A DNA stretch of 33,576 bases from a bacterium UBP12_UBA5184. GTDB lineage: Bacteria; Vulcanimicrobiota; Vulcanimicrobiia; Vulcanimicrobiales; Vulcanimicrobiaceae. The notes under the pieces were generated by a model. That model saw only the letters and a program-made list of their open reading frames with translations, ran no database searches and was not told where the DNA came from. Numbering within the stretch: the stretch's first letter is position 1; every line of letters starts with the position of its first letter. Positions 32,032-33,576 of this stretch are shown here, in pieces. A program made the position numbers and the translations under genes. The stretch lies in the NCBI GenBank assembly GCA_002413145.1, contig DHWK01000034.1:5732-39307 (forward strand), in the 5' to 3' direction.

Positions 32032-33540
32032 GTGAATTTCCTGATCGACTGGTTCGAGCAACGCACGGGCCTACCGACCCAAATCAAGACGTTCCTCACC
32101 GAGGACGTCCCCGGCGGCCCGAGTTACTGGTACGTCTTCGGCAGCGCGACGCTCTTCGCGATGATCCTGCAGTACGTTACCGGCATCTTTCTGACGTTCT
32201 ATTACGCGCCGTCGTCGGCGACCGCGTGGGAGTCGACCAAGTACATCTACGATCACGTCCCGCTCGGCTGGTTCGTCCTGAGCCTGCACTTTTGGGGCGC
32301 GACGGCGATGATCGCGCTGCTCTTCATGCACTTGTTCCAGGCTCTGATTTGGGGAGCGTACAAAGCGCCGCGCGAGATCATGTGGGTCGTCGGCGTCCTC
32401 CTCTTGGTCTTCACGCTGGTGCTCGGGCTCACCGGATACTTGTTGCCGTGGGACATGAACGCGTACTTCGCATCGCAGGTCGCGATCAACATCGCATCCT
32501 CGGTGCCGATCGTCGGCGAGCCCACCCAGCAATTCCTTAGCGGCGGTGCGGGGATGGGGACGCTCACGATCAACCGCTTTTTCGGTTTGCACGTTTGGTT
32601 GATGCCGGCGCTGCTGGTGCTCTTGATCGTCGGCCACCTGATGATCTTCCGCCACAACGGTTCGGCCGGGCCGCCGGTCGATACCGATCTCAAGAAGCTG
32701 CCCCAAGGCCGCTTCTGGCCGAACCAGATGTTCATGGACGCAATGGCGTCATTTCTGGTCTTCATCGTGATGCTGGTGCTGTCGATCGTCGCCGCGCCGC
32801 CGCTCGACCAAAAAGCCGATCCCACCCAAACCTTCATCGCCTATCCGGCCTGGTATTTCTTGGCGCTCTACGGGATGCTGCGCATCGCCGGCGGCCTACC
32901 CAACGCCATCGTCCCGATTGCGAACCTCTTGGCGACGGTGATCGTTCCGGGCGGGTTGGTGACGCTGCTCATCCTGCTGCCCTGGCTCGATCGCAATCCG
33001 TCGCGCGCGCTGCGCCGCCGTCCCTGGCTCCTGGGAATCACGACGCTCTCGGTCGTCATCGCAGTCGGTCTTTCGGTCTACAGTCAGCTCGCGATCGTGA
33101 AAGAGCAGGCCGACGCCGCGCAAAACAAGCCACCCGCCGCCGCCGCGGCGCCCGGGAGTCAGGGCGGTTCGTTGCCGGCCGGCGCTCCCGCCGGCGGCGG
33201 AGCGCAACGGCTCGGCGGCAGCGAAAAAGGCGCGAAGATCTTCGGCGCCGACTGCGCGGGCTGCCACGGCGCCGGCGGTCAAGGAACGCCGAGCGTCTTT
33301 CCAAATCTCGCGGGCAATCCCGACGTCACCGGCGACCCGGCGCAGGTCGTCCACACCGTCCTTTACGGGCTGAACAGGGCGATCACGGTCAACGGCAAGC
33401 CCTATAAGGGAACGATGCCGCCGTGGAAGGGGACGCTGAGCAACGCAGACGTCGCCGACGTGGTCACCTACATCCGTGCTGCCTGGGGAAACAAAGCGAC
33501 GCCGGTGAGCCCCGCCGACGTCGCCGAGGTTGCCAAGTAA
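32032..33540 (+). CDS. Cytochrome b (b6-like N-part + subunit IV-like part) fused to a C-terminal monoheme class I cytochrome c
   Basis: Helix B His pair HFWGATAMIALLFMH (13 residues between) and helix D pair HVWLMPALLVLLIVGH (14 between, b6/Bacillus type). The Qo-site motif reads PAWY (32845-32856). After an Ala/Gly/Pro linker comes a CAGCH heme-binding site (33253-33267) and a downstream GTMPPW Met ligand context. I prefer the GTG at 32032 with GGGAG upstream. Confidence 0.9.
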   Translation: MNFLIDWFEQRTGLPTQIKTFLTEDVPGGPSYWYVFGSATLFAMILQYVTGIFLTFYYAPSSATAWESTKYIYDHVPLGWFVLSLHFWGATAMIALLFMHLFQALIWGAYKAPREIMWVVGVLLLVFTLVLGLTGYLLPWDMNAYFASQVAINIASSVPIVGEPTQQFLSGGAGMGTLTINRFFGLHVWLMPALLVLLIVGHLMIFRHNGSAGPPVDTDLKKLPQGRFWPNQMFMDAMASFLVFIVMLVLSIVAAPPLDQKADPTQTFIAYPAWYFLALYGMLRIAGGLPNAIVPIANLLATVIVPGGLVTLLILLPWLDRNPSRALRRRPWLLGITTLSVVIAVGLSVYSQLAIVKEQADAAQNKPPAAAAAPGSQGGSLPAGAPAGGGAQRLGGSEKGAKIFGADCAGCHGAGGQGTPSVFPNLAGNPDVTGDPAQVVHTVLYGLNRAITVNGKPYKGTMPPWKGTLSNADVADVVTYIRAAWGNKATPVSPADVAEVAK

Positions 33541-33576
33541 CGCGACGTCAGACGCGGCAACGCGGTCCGTCGTAGA

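Noticed and set aside
1-33576. Window-wide eye scan for CRISPR arrays, IS elements, integrases, phage genes, toxin-antitoxin pairs and known defence-system signatures
   Set aside because: I found no regularly spaced direct repeats, no transposase or integrase-like ORFs, no terminal inverted repeats and no compositional island apart from short AT-richer promoters. The PLD-like gene is solitary and lacks defence-type partners.

Overview
This is a high-GC bacterial chromosomal window with very dense coding and many 4-nt start/stop overlaps (ATGA, GTGA). No rRNA, tRNA, CRISPR array, transposase or integrase was recognised. All family calls come from reading motifs by eye; no searches were run.

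Four blocks are visible:

1. **1-8301, Tad/Flp pilus locus.** The minus-strand operon runs: secreted 243-aa protein, flp pilin (a small ORF absent from the supplied track), strong hairpin terminator, tadV, cpaB, a TadZ/CpaE-like::CpaF fusion ATPase, tadB, tadC, and a second edge-truncated A24 peptidase-like gene. The cpaC/rcpA secretin is transcribed divergently.

2. **8371-16108, envelope glycosylation/remodelling island.** It holds an AT3 acyltransferase, two paralogous GT87/DUF2029-like polytopic proteins bracketing an NlpC/P60 hydrolase, and a convergent DUF2142-like + GT2 + DUF2304-like module. This island is my best candidate for an undescribed system.

3. **16155-24320, housekeeping and orphan genes.** These are a TIGR00300/LOR-SDH-like protein coupled to a CPYC glutaredoxin-like protein, rsmI, metG, two hypothetical membrane-anchored proteins, a GT2, tatD and a PLD-like protein.

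4. **24402-33540, respiratory assembly supercluster.** It contains ubiE/menG, a polyprenyl synthase, tatA, tatC, resB, ccsA, selO, a Rieske protein and a cytochrome b + subunit IV + c fusion.
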